A stretch of 40,231 bases of DNA, from the IMG/VR virus record IMGVR_UViG_2914868299_000003; one strand, given 5' to 3'. Source of the stretch: a virus. The notes beneath the pieces are model-generated. The model had not been told where the DNA came from. It saw nothing but the letters and a program-made list of their open reading frames with translations, and did no database searches. This document shows positions 1-8,715 of the stretch, piece after piece (position 1 is the first letter of the stretch; every line of letters begins with the position of its first letter). Both the position numbers and the translations under genes were made by a program.

Positions 1-399
1 ATGGCCCGCTCCTCTACCACCCAGACGGAAGCAGAGCGGCGCAAGCGTTCGAAGGAGGTCTACGAAGCGCTCGTCCGTGCCGTCGACTACAACTCGGGTC
101 GCAAACAGCCGCCGCTCGCGAAGAAGACGTCGGTCATCGGCACGCTCCACGGCGCCGGCTACGGCCGCTTCGGCCTCGAGGAACTCGACAAGGCGATCAC
201 GGCCGCCTGTCGCAACGGCGATCTCTTCCGAGCCGAGGACGGCAACGGCGACGTCCGGCTTGGGATCAACGACCGGTGGAAGCTCCGCGAGAAGATCGAA
301 TCGAACCTCTCGTGCGTCGAGGAACCGCGAGACGATGTGATCGGGCTGGCGAACGCACAGGTCGAAAAACTCCGACTTCGAGGTGAGAACGATGACTGA
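1..399 (+). CDS. Hypothetical early protein, possibly winged-helix-like
   Basis: ORF with typical codon usage; 3' end carries GAGGTGA and overlaps the next start; weak similarity to the C-terminus of 39060..39782. Confidence 0.8.
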   Translation: MARSSTTQTEAERRKRSKEVYEALVRAVDYNSGRKQPPLAKKTSVIGTLHGAGYGRFGLEELDKAITAACRNGDLFRAEDGNGDVRLGINDRWKLREKIESNLSCVEEPRDDVIGLANAQVEKLRLRGENDD

Positions 400-649
400 C
401 TCCGGTAACTGCAGCAGCGGTACTGAGCAAAGCCATTACTGCGAACTCTGCGAGACCGGGTTCGAAACGGCTCACGAGATCCTTAACCACGACTGCGATG
501 GACGGCCAAAACTGGATGATTCTGACTCTCCCCCTCGAGGGTCAGCGTTCGATTCGTCAAATTCTGGCCGAACACTACAGACGGGCACTGATCAGCCTAT
601 CTCACAGTCTGAGAACTCTACGCGAACCGGAGGGGGTGACGACTCGTGA
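392..649 (+). CDS. Small protein with C2H2-like motif (CELC...H..HDC)
   Basis: ATG after GAGGTGA, overlapping the upstream stop; Cys/His motif. Confidence 0.6.
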   Translation: MTDSGNCSSGTEQSHYCELCETGFETAHEILNHDCDGRPKLDDSDSPPRGSAFDSSNSGRTLQTGTDQPISQSENSTRTGGGDDS

Positions 650-873
650 CGACCGGCTACGTGGTCGATCTCGACAACGGACACAACGGCTACTGCGTCG
701 AGAGCCTCGTCGGCGTCACCTACTGCGGTGAAACGTTTGACCCGGCGGCCGTCGATCGCGAGCTCTACGCGATCGATCGCGGCGAGGACCACCCGCACAA
801 TTACCTCTGCTACGACTGCTCGAAGGCGGACTCGCGGAAGATCCGCGGTGCAGTTCGAGGTGAAACAGCGTGA
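646..873 (+). CDS. Small Cys-rich hypothetical protein
   Basis: GTGA overlap; YCG and CYDC motifs; ends in GAGGTGA coupling to the next gene. Confidence 0.7.
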   Translation: MTTGYVVDLDNGHNGYCVESLVGVTYCGETFDPAAVDRELYAIDRGEDHPHNYLCYDCSKADSRKIRGAVRGETA

Positions 874-1697
874 GCCGCCGAACGAAGTACCGCAAGGAGG
901 TCAGCACGGGCGGGATCCACCCTGGCGAGAACGACCACTACGCGATCGGTGTCCGGCCGCCGATGAACGGCAACGACGTCTACTGTCTCATCCAGTTCGA
1001 CGGTGGTACGTGGGGCGAAGGCGGCCGATCGGTGGAGTCGCGCGACGAGGCCATCGAGTACATCCACGATCGCTTCGAGGGCCTCGAGCAGAAGGCGACC
1101 GACGACAAGCGTCGGGGCAGCATCAACCACTACCCCGAGCCGCCGAAGCCGGCGAACACACGGTACATCGTTCACCCGGACTACGAAGACGAGATCGGGC
1201 CTCGAGAGGTCTGGGGCGATGCGACGCTCGCGACGTTCGGCGCCGAGCCGACGTCGAAGTACGCCGACAAGCCCTGGTACCAGACTCGCGACGCCTACCA
1301 CGAGTGGCTCGAGCCGGTCCGCGAAGCTGACGGCGATCTCGTCTATCGCATCTACGCGAGGGACATCACCGAGATGGCCTACTGGTGGTATGTCGCCGTC
1401 GACGGCGAGCTCCACATGGTCCGATACCGGCCGGACTCCGGCCGCCGGAAGATCGTTACGTCGACCTGGACATCGGCGACGCGGCGCGCCGGCGGGATCG
1501 GGATCACGAACGCGCCGCCCGCAGACTGCCGGCTGCTTGACGTCGACGAGACGCCGTTCTCCGCTGGCCTCGAGGACGACGCGATCGAGGAGTGGCTCGA
1601 GCGTCACGCACCGGACGCACTGTCGAAGTCGGTGGCCAACCAGGTCGATGACGATGCCGAGATGCCTTCCCGCCGAGCTCGAGGTGAGACGGCGTGA
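870..1697 (+). CDS. Hypothetical protein
   Basis: 275 aa, acidic and aromatic-rich, GTGA overlaps at both ends. Confidence 0.85.
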   Translation: MSRRTKYRKEVSTGGIHPGENDHYAIGVRPPMNGNDVYCLIQFDGGTWGEGGRSVESRDEAIEYIHDRFEGLEQKATDDKRRGSINHYPEPPKPANTRYIVHPDYEDEIGPREVWGDATLATFGAEPTSKYADKPWYQTRDAYHEWLEPVREADGDLVYRIYARDITEMAYWWYVAVDGELHMVRYRPDSGRRKIVTSTWTSATRRAGGIGITNAPPADCRLLDVDETPFSAGLEDDAIEEWLERHAPDALSKSVANQVDDDAEMPSRRARGETA

Positions 1698-2089
1698 GTG
1701 TCTTCGAGGACACCGTCGAACTCTGGCAGAACGCTCTCGAGGACGACGACGTCGCGACGGTCGAGGGTCCCGCCTCGATCGAGACCCTCCTGGAGGCCCG
1801 CGACCGCTTCGAGCAGCTGGGCAACGAGCCTCGCGACGGCTGCCTCGTCATCTCGATCGACATGGCCCGGGAGATCCCGCGGGGTTGGGTCGAGATTGAT
1901 GGGCCCGCGGTCCCCGACGGTCACGAGGAGTTCCGCCCGTTCGAACGGATGGTCACGGTCACCGATCGCGTCGGCGGCGAGGTCGCGTTCATCTGCCGCT
2001 CGGACGCGGTCCGCCTGGACATGACCGTCCTCGAGGCCGACGGGGTCGTCGCGATCGACTTCGACCGAGGTGACACAACCGATGCCTAA
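1694..2089 (+). CDS. Hypothetical protein
   Basis: Acidic ORF coupled to both neighbours. Confidence 0.8.
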   Translation: MSVFEDTVELWQNALEDDDVATVEGPASIETLLEARDRFEQLGNEPRDGCLVISIDMAREIPRGWVEIDGPAVPDGHEEFRPFERMVTVTDRVGGEVAFICRSDAVRLDMTVLEADGVVAIDFDRGDTTDA

Positions 2090-2366
2090 GCAACTCCCCA
2101 AGGAGATCGCCGACGAATCGGCCGCGGTCCGACTCGTCTACAAGACGCTCGAGGCCGAAGACGCGCCACTCTCCCAGCGCGATATCGTCGACGCAACGGC
2201 ACTCACACGGCGGACGATCCGCGAGGCCGTCCCCACACTCGAGGACGCGGGCCTCGTCAGTAGCTACAACCACCCATCGGATCAACGCCGACGGATCTAC
2301 TACCTTCGCGAGGAGTACGACAACGTCGTGGGGGCCCATCGGGCGTTCACGATATCGGAAAGGTAG
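2082..2366 (+). CDS. Winged-helix transcription regulator (MarR/TrmB-like)
   Basis: LSQRDIVDATALTRRTIREAVPTLEDAGLV...DQRRRIYYL wHTH pattern. Confidence 0.85.
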   Translation: MPKQLPKEIADESAAVRLVYKTLEAEDAPLSQRDIVDATALTRRTIREAVPTLEDAGLVSSYNHPSDQRRRIYYLREEYDNVVGAHRAFTISER

Positions 2367-2370
2367 CACT

Positions 2371-2392
2371 ATTTGATTCGCTTTTAAGCCCG
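2371..2392 (+). promoter_or_regulatory. Candidate archaeal TATA-box promoter
   Basis: AT-rich intergenic ATTTGATTCGCTTTTAAGCC; TTTTAAG fits the haloarchaeal TATA consensus. Confidence 0.5.
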
Positions 2393-2495
2393 ACAGTCAC
2401 CATAACTGATAGCAACGGCTGTCTCCTATCGCTCCCCGATCGAGGCAACGACGACATCGGGGGGTGGCCGACAGCCATCGGCTTCTCCTGCACCC

Positions 2496-3044
2496 ATGTC
2501 CACCACAGCCCACACCATCGACGAGGTCCAGGGCCGCGACGAACCCGACCGTGTCTTCCGGCGCTACGTCTTCAACAACCCCTCGATCTGTTCGTGTTGC
2601 TTTCGACGGCTGAAAGCCAACGAGAGCCACGTTCGGGCGTACTCAGGGATTACTGGACACGACCTCGAGCCGAAGGCCACTCGGGCCGTGTCGGTCCGGG
2701 CCCACAAGACCGGTCCGGGCGAGATCGGCCCCGAAGGCCCACTCGAGGGCACTCGGCAGGTCGACAACACGGCGATCGCGAAGTACCCCGTCCGCACGGT
2801 CTGCGAGGACTGCGGATCGATCGCCGGCCGAGCTGACTCGGATCCGCTGAGCCGACGAAAAGCGCTCGCTCGTGCTGAAACACTCGCTGATCGACTCGCG
2901 GAGGTCGGCGAGCCGGTCCAACTGAACCTCCTGAAGCACCTCGTTGGCTACCTCAAGTCTCAAGAGGATCTCTCGAGCTACGACACGGAGTGTTTCGAGG
3001 CCGCGACCACGATCGCTGTTCGCGAGGCCCGCGGTCGACGATGA
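2496..3044 (+). CDS. Zn-binding hypothetical protein
   Basis: CSCC and CEDC motifs; 182 aa. Confidence 0.8.
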   Translation: MSTTAHTIDEVQGRDEPDRVFRRYVFNNPSICSCCFRRLKANESHVRAYSGITGHDLEPKATRAVSVRAHKTGPGEIGPEGPLEGTRQVDNTAIAKYPVRTVCEDCGSIAGRADSDPLSRRKALARAETLADRLAEVGEPVQLNLLKHLVGYLKSQEDLSSYDTECFEAATTIAVREARGRR

Positions 3045-3229
3045 CCGTCCACCCGATCGAACCGGGGCTGCCCGTCGAGGTCCGCTTCGCCGGTCGCCGC
3101 CTCGAGGGCGTCGTCGACGAAGTCCGCTGGACGCCGACCTGGAACAACCCGCGCTCGGAGATCGTCGTCGACGCCGACGGCACGACGATCACGACGGGGC
3201 GGGCATCGATCCAACCACTCACCAACTGA
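3041..3229 (+). CDS. Small beta-rich (possibly SH3-like) hypothetical protein
   Basis: ATGA overlap; PGLPVEVRFAGRRLEGVVDEV pattern. Confidence 0.65.
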   Translation: MTVHPIEPGLPVEVRFAGRRLEGVVDEVRWTPTWNNPRSEIVVDADGTTITTGRASIQPLTN

Positions 3230-3236
3230 TCCACCC

Positions 3237-3617
3237 ATGGAACCGAAAGATCCCGACGCACCGATCGACCCGTATAGCGAGTACGACCTCTACGACGTCA
3301 TCAACGGCGACCTCCCCGCCGGCAAGTCGACCGAGTACGAGGGCCCCCACCTCATCTCGAGCGGGCCCAGTGTCACCGTCCAACCGGACGGCCACGCCGG
3401 CTCGGTCGATACGATTGATCCCGAGGACTACGACGACGTCCTCGAGCTGGTCGACGAGCTGAACGGCCTGGTCCTCGAGTGGCGCGAGCTATCGATCAAC
3501 GGTACCGACGAGGATCTCATCGAGTGGGCCGGGCCGTGGGTGACATCGGACGAGTCGAAGGCCGACGATGACCACTGGCTCGTCGTTCCGGAGGATATCC
3601 CCGAGGCCGGCGTCTAA
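3237..3617 (+). CDS. Acidic hypothetical protein
   Basis: Typical acidic composition and codon usage. Confidence 0.8.
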   Translation: MEPKDPDAPIDPYSEYDLYDVINGDLPAGKSTEYEGPHLISSGPSVTVQPDGHAGSVDTIDPEDYDDVLELVDELNGLVLEWRELSINGTDEDLIEWAGPWVTSDESKADDDHWLVVPEDIPEAGV

Positions 3618-3816
3618 CGAAGTTCCCCGATGACGTCCGACGTCGCCCCCACCCCGTCGGACCGAGGGCTCCCCACTCGCTCCCGCCCGCTTCGGGACGG
3701 AAGCACCCGCGACTACCAGACGTCCACGGGCCGTCCCGACCCGCGCCGGGATCAGGCCGGGAAGGCCTCTCGCTGACACACCCGAGACCCGGCGCTTTTC
3801 CATACGCTGACTGACC

Positions 3817-4206
3817 ATGCTCGAGACACAACCAGACGGAGCGACGCTCGCACCACACCACTTCACGTGGGGTGCGCTCCTCACGGCCTGGGCCGCGACG
3901 TACGCCTGGGACCGTTTCACCGACCGAGAGCCGCTCATGCTCTCGCTGGGCGTCGTTGCCGGCCTCTTTTCGTTCGTGATGCTCTGGCGGTACTACGCCG
4001 TCGCCGGCGCCATCGGTACGCTCGTCGGGACGGTGATCACGACCGCCGGCCTCGTCCGCTTTCGCCGGTACGCCTCGAGGCCGTCCTTCTGGGTGGCCGC
4101 GTTCGGCGTCTACGCGATGTGGGACGACTGGGCCTCGCACGCCCTCAGCATCTGGACGCCGCTGGACTGGCTGTTCGAGGCCTACGTTCACGGCATCATT
4201 TCCTGA
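3817..4206 (+). CDS. Integral membrane protein (about 4 TM segments)
   Basis: Several hydrophobic stretches; HH and DD...H residues near TM ends. Confidence 0.8.
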   Translation: MLETQPDGATLAPHHFTWGALLTAWAATYAWDRFTDREPLMLSLGVVAGLFSFVMLWRYYAVAGAIGTLVGTVITTAGLVRFRRYASRPSFWVAAFGVYAMWDDWASHALSIWTPLDWLFEAYVHGIIS

Positions 4207-4211
4207 TACAC

Positions 4212-4481
4212 ATGACACCCGACACCGACTCAGGTAGCAGTACAGGCTACAAGACGACGGCCAAGACCGCTATTGCCGGCGCCATCCTACTCGCGTTCTT
4301 CGGGACGTGGCTGGCGATGGAGTGGACTGGCCGACAGCCCGACTCGCTGATCCTACTCGGCGCGGTCGCGATCGCCGTCGGCGCGGGCTACTACCTTTGG
4401 GACGACGCGATGGGCGAGGGCGTCCAGGCCGTCGACGATCTGCAATCCGACGGTGACGAGAGCGGAAGTCCAGAGGACTGA
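4212..4481 (+). CDS. Small 2-TM membrane protein
   Basis: MTPDTDSG...AIAGAILLAFFGTWLAM...LILLGAVAIAVGAGYYLW, acidic C-terminal tail. Confidence 0.75.
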   Translation: MTPDTDSGSSTGYKTTAKTAIAGAILLAFFGTWLAMEWTGRQPDSLILLGAVAIAVGAGYYLWDDAMGEGVQAVDDLQSDGDESGSPED

Positions 4482-4489
4482 TAGATGCC

Positions 4490-4762
4490 ATGGCGACGAG
4501 ACAACACAAATCAACGACCCGCGAATCGATCCGGGAGTGCAACGAAGCCGTTTCGAGGCGATTCCACGTGACGCTCGCCGTTTACAAGACAATCAAGGCG
4601 ACAACGCAGCTGATCGGCGTCGTCGGTGGCATCCTCGCGATGCAACAGGGCGCCGACCCGATGACATCGCTGACGATCATCGGCGCGATCCTCGTCGGGC
4701 CGGAGATCCTCGAGTACACGATCGCGAACGAGCCGCCTCGAGACCACGACCGCAAGGACTGA
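4490..4762 (+). CDS. Small membrane protein (holin-like size and topology)
   Basis: Two hydrophobic segments (LIGVVGGILAM; LTIIGAILVGP), charged C-terminus. Confidence 0.7.
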   Translation: MATRQHKSTTRESIRECNEAVSRRFHVTLAVYKTIKATTQLIGVVGGILAMQQGADPMTSLTIIGAILVGPEILEYTIANEPPRDHDRKD

Positions 4763-4765
4763 CTC

Positions 4766-5314
4766 ATGACTGAGGACCTCACCGAGATCGACGGCGTCGG
4801 GCCAGCGATAGCCGAGGCGCTCGAGGAGGCTGGCTTCAAGACCGTCGACGACGTCCTCGCAGCGAGCGTCGACGAACTCGCCGACGTCCATATGATCGGC
4901 GAGAAGTCGGCGAAGGGGATCCACGAGGGCGAGGGCACCCACCGCGGTCGCGATCCGAAGCTCACGAAGCAGCGCCAGGAGGCGATCGCGTCGATGCTCG
5001 AGGACGGCCACTCGGTCGCTGCAGCCTGCCGGTGCAACGGCATCGGCCAGACGACGTTCTACGAGTGGCTCGAGAAAGCCGACGACCAGGAGGAAGGCAT
5101 CTACGCGGATTTCGCGGACAGGGTCGCGAGCGCGCGAGGGGCTGGCGAGGCGAAGCTCGTCGACGATCTCCTCGAGATGGCCCGCGAGAACGGAGACGCC
5201 CGGACGATCCTCTCGGTGCTGAAAAACCGCTACCCCGAGTCGTGGGGAGAACACGATGACGACGACGCCGGCTCGGGCAGCGTCGAAGTCTACCTCACAT
5301 CGGAGAAAGACTGA
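4766..5314 (+). CDS. terS: Terminase small subunit with N-terminal helix-hairpin-helix domain
   Basis: LTEIDGVGPAIAEALEEAGF HhH motif; GRDPKLT...SVAAACRCNGIGQTTFYEWL HTH; lies upstream of terL. Confidence 0.75.
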   Translation: MTEDLTEIDGVGPAIAEALEEAGFKTVDDVLAASVDELADVHMIGEKSAKGIHEGEGTHRGRDPKLTKQRQEAIASMLEDGHSVAAACRCNGIGQTTFYEWLEKADDQEEGIYADFADRVASARGAGEAKLVDDLLEMARENGDARTILSVLKNRYPESWGEHDDDDAGSGSVEVYLTSEKD

Positions 5315-5317
5315 TCC

Positions 5318-5884
5318 ATGAGCCTCGAAACAACCCAGATCCCGTACCAGCGCGACGGCGACGATGTCGTCGGCATCGGAAGCTACCGAGTCCTCGAGAC
5401 GTTCGATGGCCGTGCCGACGAGGACGTCCGGGAGGACATCCGAGAGAAGACTGAGGTGGCGCTCAAGGACTACCCCGAACTCGCGGGCAAGACGGTCACG
5501 ATCGGCCGGATCGATCCGGACGAAGATGCGAACGCTCAGGCCTTTTTCTACAACCTGCTGACGGCCTACCACACTGACCGCTTCGCATCACTTCAGACCG
5601 TCTACCACGAGCTCGCACACCTCGCCATCTTCGTCCAGCACGAACAGGGTGAGGACGTCCCGCTCTCGAGTGAGGAGTACTGTTCGATCGTCGCCGTCTC
5701 CCGGATGCCCGTGCGCTACCTGGAGCACGACAACCGGGAGGACATCTCCTACCTCGGGACGCCGACCGTCCCGAAGGCAGAGTGGCCCGAGATCTGCCAG
5801 CGGGCACTCGAGTACCGCGAGGAGAACGGGCGGAACAGCCACTACATCCAGCGCTGCAAGGAGTGGCTCGAGGTGGACGCATGA
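5318..5884 (+). CDS. HEXXH zincin-like metalloprotein
   Basis: YHELAHL followed by SSEEYC (possible third ligand). Confidence 0.65.
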   Translation: MSLETTQIPYQRDGDDVVGIGSYRVLETFDGRADEDVREDIREKTEVALKDYPELAGKTVTIGRIDPDEDANAQAFFYNLLTAYHTDRFASLQTVYHELAHLAIFVQHEQGEDVPLSSEEYCSIVAVSRMPVRYLEHDNREDISYLGTPTVPKAEWPEICQRALEYREENGRNSHYIQRCKEWLEVDA

Positions 5885-7245
5885 GCACAACTCGATCCAC
5901 GACGTCGTACGCCGAGGAGTTCCCCGAGCCGAGCTACACGATCTTCGATCGGCAACGGGACTCTCGAGAGGTCCGGCCGTACGTCCATCCGGACACCGGC
6001 CTCGCTCCCCAGGAGGACTTCCTCGCTGGGCCCGAGGGCGACGCCGCGATCTCGTCGGACGCCTCGAACCACGTCATCATCTCGGGACTCGGCGCCGGCA
6101 AGACGGCGACACTCATCATGCGCGCCTGGGCGAACGCCGAGCGCTGGAACCGCGGCGAACTGGGCGCGCTCATCGCCCCGGACTGGCCGACCATCAAGAA
6201 CGCCATCCTCCCGACGATGCGAGAGTTCGGCCTCCTCGAGGTCTGCGACTACGTCGGGCCCGGTGGCGAAGAGCCCGGTGTCCACACACCCAGTGGCTCG
6301 CGCATCATCCTGCAGACGGCGTCTAACGAGCGCAAAATCCGCCGTCTCCGTGGCCCGAACCTCGCGTGGGTCGGGATTGACGAGCCGGCGTCAGTCGCCG
6401 AGCGTGCCTGGGAAGTCCTCTCCGGCCGTCTCCGGGTCGGCAACTACCGGAACGCGTTCCTGACCGGGACGCCTCGAGGCTTCAACTGGGTCTACGATCG
6501 CTTCTACGAGGACGACGCCGAGATCGTCCACGACGACGTCTACGAGGTCCGCGAGTCCGACCGGGTCCGGGGCGTCTTCGGTGTCCCATCGTGGCTCAAC
6601 CCCCACAATCCGGACGACTACATCGAGCGCCTCGAGGACGAGTACTCCGGGTCGTACTACCAGCAGGAGGTCGAGGGCGCGTTCACCCAGTTCGACGGCC
6701 TCGTCTACCCGTGGTTCGACCGCGACGAGCACATCGTCGAGTCGGAGGACCTCCCGGACAGCTGGGACGAGACGATCTACGGCGTCGACTGGGGCTTCTC
6801 GAACCACGCGGCGATCATCGCCATCCGGATCCACGGCGACCGCTGGTACGTCGCCGAGGAGCGCAAGTCCCGCCGGATGGGCAACGACGACATCGCCGCC
6901 GAACTCGAGCAGATGGAGGACGATCACGGTTCGGGCCCGGTCTACTGTGACAGCGCCGAGCCGAAGTCGATCGAAGCGCTGAACGAGCACGGCTTCGACG
7001 CCCGGAAGTCCGACAAGTCGGTCGAGGAGGGGATCAAGGCCGTCGCTGCGAAGCGTGACGAACTCCGCGTCCACGATCTCTGCCAGGAGACGATCAACGA
7101 GTTCCACGCCTACCAGTACAAGGACGGCCGGGAGTCGGAGAAGCCGAAGAAGGAGAACGACCACATCATGGACGCCCTCCGCTACGCGGTCTTCACTCAC
7201 GAACATAGCGACGATAACGACCCAAGCGGGTCGGGGACGTGGTAA
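5881..7245 (+). CDS. terL: Terminase large subunit (PBSX-like)
   Basis: Walker A GLGAGKT, Walker B WVGIDEP, TGTP coupling motif, nuclease GVDWG and NDHIMDALRY. Confidence 0.97.
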   Translation: MSTTRSTTSYAEEFPEPSYTIFDRQRDSREVRPYVHPDTGLAPQEDFLAGPEGDAAISSDASNHVIISGLGAGKTATLIMRAWANAERWNRGELGALIAPDWPTIKNAILPTMREFGLLEVCDYVGPGGEEPGVHTPSGSRIILQTASNERKIRRLRGPNLAWVGIDEPASVAERAWEVLSGRLRVGNYRNAFLTGTPRGFNWVYDRFYEDDAEIVHDDVYEVRESDRVRGVFGVPSWLNPHNPDDYIERLEDEYSGSYYQQEVEGAFTQFDGLVYPWFDRDEHIVESEDLPDSWDETIYGVDWGFSNHAAIIAIRIHGDRWYVAEERKSRRMGNDDIAAELEQMEDDHGSGPVYCDSAEPKSIEALNEHGFDARKSDKSVEEGIKAVAAKRDELRVHDLCQETINEFHAYQYKDGRESEKPKKENDHIMDALRYAVFTHEHSDDNDPSGSGTW

Positions 7246-7248
7246 TCC

Positions 7249-8712
7249 ATGACTGATACTTCTACAGCAGACGAGACGGACGACGCCGCCGGCGGTGGTC
7301 GGGAGGCCGAACTGGTCGCACAAGACGATGGGCTCTCCGCCCGGCAGGAGTTTCAGATGCGGTTCGCACTCGCCCAGGCGTTGGGTGAGAACATCCCCGG
7401 CGACGAGGACTACTACGAGGTCTTCAGCTGGGACAAGAACCCGACCGTCGAGGACTTCTTCGCCCTCGCGCTGCGGAACCCCTACGCCTATGCCGTCACG
7501 TTCCTCCCGCCGTCGACGACCTGGCGCAACCCGCCGCAGATCGACGATAGGGCCGAGCCCCCAGAGGGCGTCGACCAGACGCAGTTCGAGAGCGACGTCC
7601 AGGAGCTCGTCGACGATCACCAACTGTGGCACTACGCGAAGCGGGCCGACAAGCTCGCCGGCGTCGGGAAGTTCGGCGTACTCGTCCTCGAGTTCGACGA
7701 CGTCGACGATCCCGACGGCTTCTCGAGTCCGGTCGAGGCCGGCGCCGAACTCACGGGACTCCGGCCGTTCTCAAGGGCGTCGGTCACAGATGTCGCAGTC
7801 GGCGGGCCTGGCTCTGGGCGCTGGGGAGATCCGGTCGAGTACACGCTCGACCTCTCGGACGAGAACGAGTACGAGACCGTGATCCAGCACCACGGCGACG
7901 AGACGGTCGACGTCCACTGGCAGCGGGTCATCCACATCCCGTCGGACGAGCTTCTGGACGATGAGCTTCGAGGCATCCCGCGACAGAAGCCGGTCTACAA
8001 CAACTTGATCGACATCGAGAAGACGCTCGGCGCCGCCGGCCAACTCGTCTACCGAGCCGCTGCGTGGGGTATCCACATCAACATCTCCGAGGACTTCAAC
8101 CTCGAGGACGACGGTGACCAACTCCGCGAACACCTCCAGCGCTGGCAGCACGGCCTCGAGAACGTCCTTCGGACCCATGGCGCCGACGACGTCAAGAGCC
8201 TCGGCGGCGAGGACATCGACCCGCAGCCGGTCATCGACCCGAACATCGAGGCGGTCAGCGCCCAGACAGGGCTCCCGCAGTCCGTCCTGAAGGGCAACGA
8301 GAGCGGCGAGCGGGCCACCACGCAGGACCTCAAGGAGTGGTACGGGAAGATCGCCGAACGGCGCAACGAGTTCGTCGAGCCGCAGATCGTCCGTGCAACC
8401 ATCGACCGGCTGCAGGACATCGGCACGATCGCCGAGCCTCGAGGCGAAGGCTACGAGGTCGACTGGCAGCCCCTGGCCGAGATGTCCGAGTCGGACCAGG
8501 CAGAGATCCGCAAGACGCGGGCCGAGGTCCTCGAGACGTGGCTGCAGGTCGCGCCTGGTGTCCTCACCCCCAAGCAGCAACTGGAGTTCATCGAGGACGG
8601 CGATCTCCCGTCCGAGCTCGAGGACGCCGACCTCCCGGAACTGGACGAAGCCGATCCGGAGGTCGCGGCACAGTTCGAGTCCGCGTTCGGTCCTGCGGAG
8701 GCTGATGACTGA
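7249..8712 (+). CDS. Portal protein (DUF1073-like)
   Basis: Directly after terL; 487 aa; QTGLPQSVLKGNESGERATTQDLKEWY pattern. Confidence 0.9.
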   Translation: MTDTSTADETDDAAGGGREAELVAQDDGLSARQEFQMRFALAQALGENIPGDEDYYEVFSWDKNPTVEDFFALALRNPYAYAVTFLPPSTTWRNPPQIDDRAEPPEGVDQTQFESDVQELVDDHQLWHYAKRADKLAGVGKFGVLVLEFDDVDDPDGFSSPVEAGAELTGLRPFSRASVTDVAVGGPGSGRWGDPVEYTLDLSDENEYETVIQHHGDETVDVHWQRVIHIPSDELLDDELRGIPRQKPVYNNLIDIEKTLGAAGQLVYRAAAWGIHINISEDFNLEDDGDQLREHLQRWQHGLENVLRTHGADDVKSLGGEDIDPQPVIDPNIEAVSAQTGLPQSVLKGNESGERATTQDLKEWYGKIAERRNEFVEPQIVRATIDRLQDIGTIAEPRGEGYEVDWQPLAEMSESDQAEIRKTRAEVLETWLQVAPGVLTPKQQLEFIEDGDLPSELEDADLPELDEADPEVAAQFESAFGPAEADD

Positions 8713-8715
8713 GAC

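Noticed and set aside
7249-8712. Possible anti-defence (Acb1-like) label for the DUF1073-type protein
   Set aside because: Size and position directly after terL indicate a portal; no nuclease motif seen.
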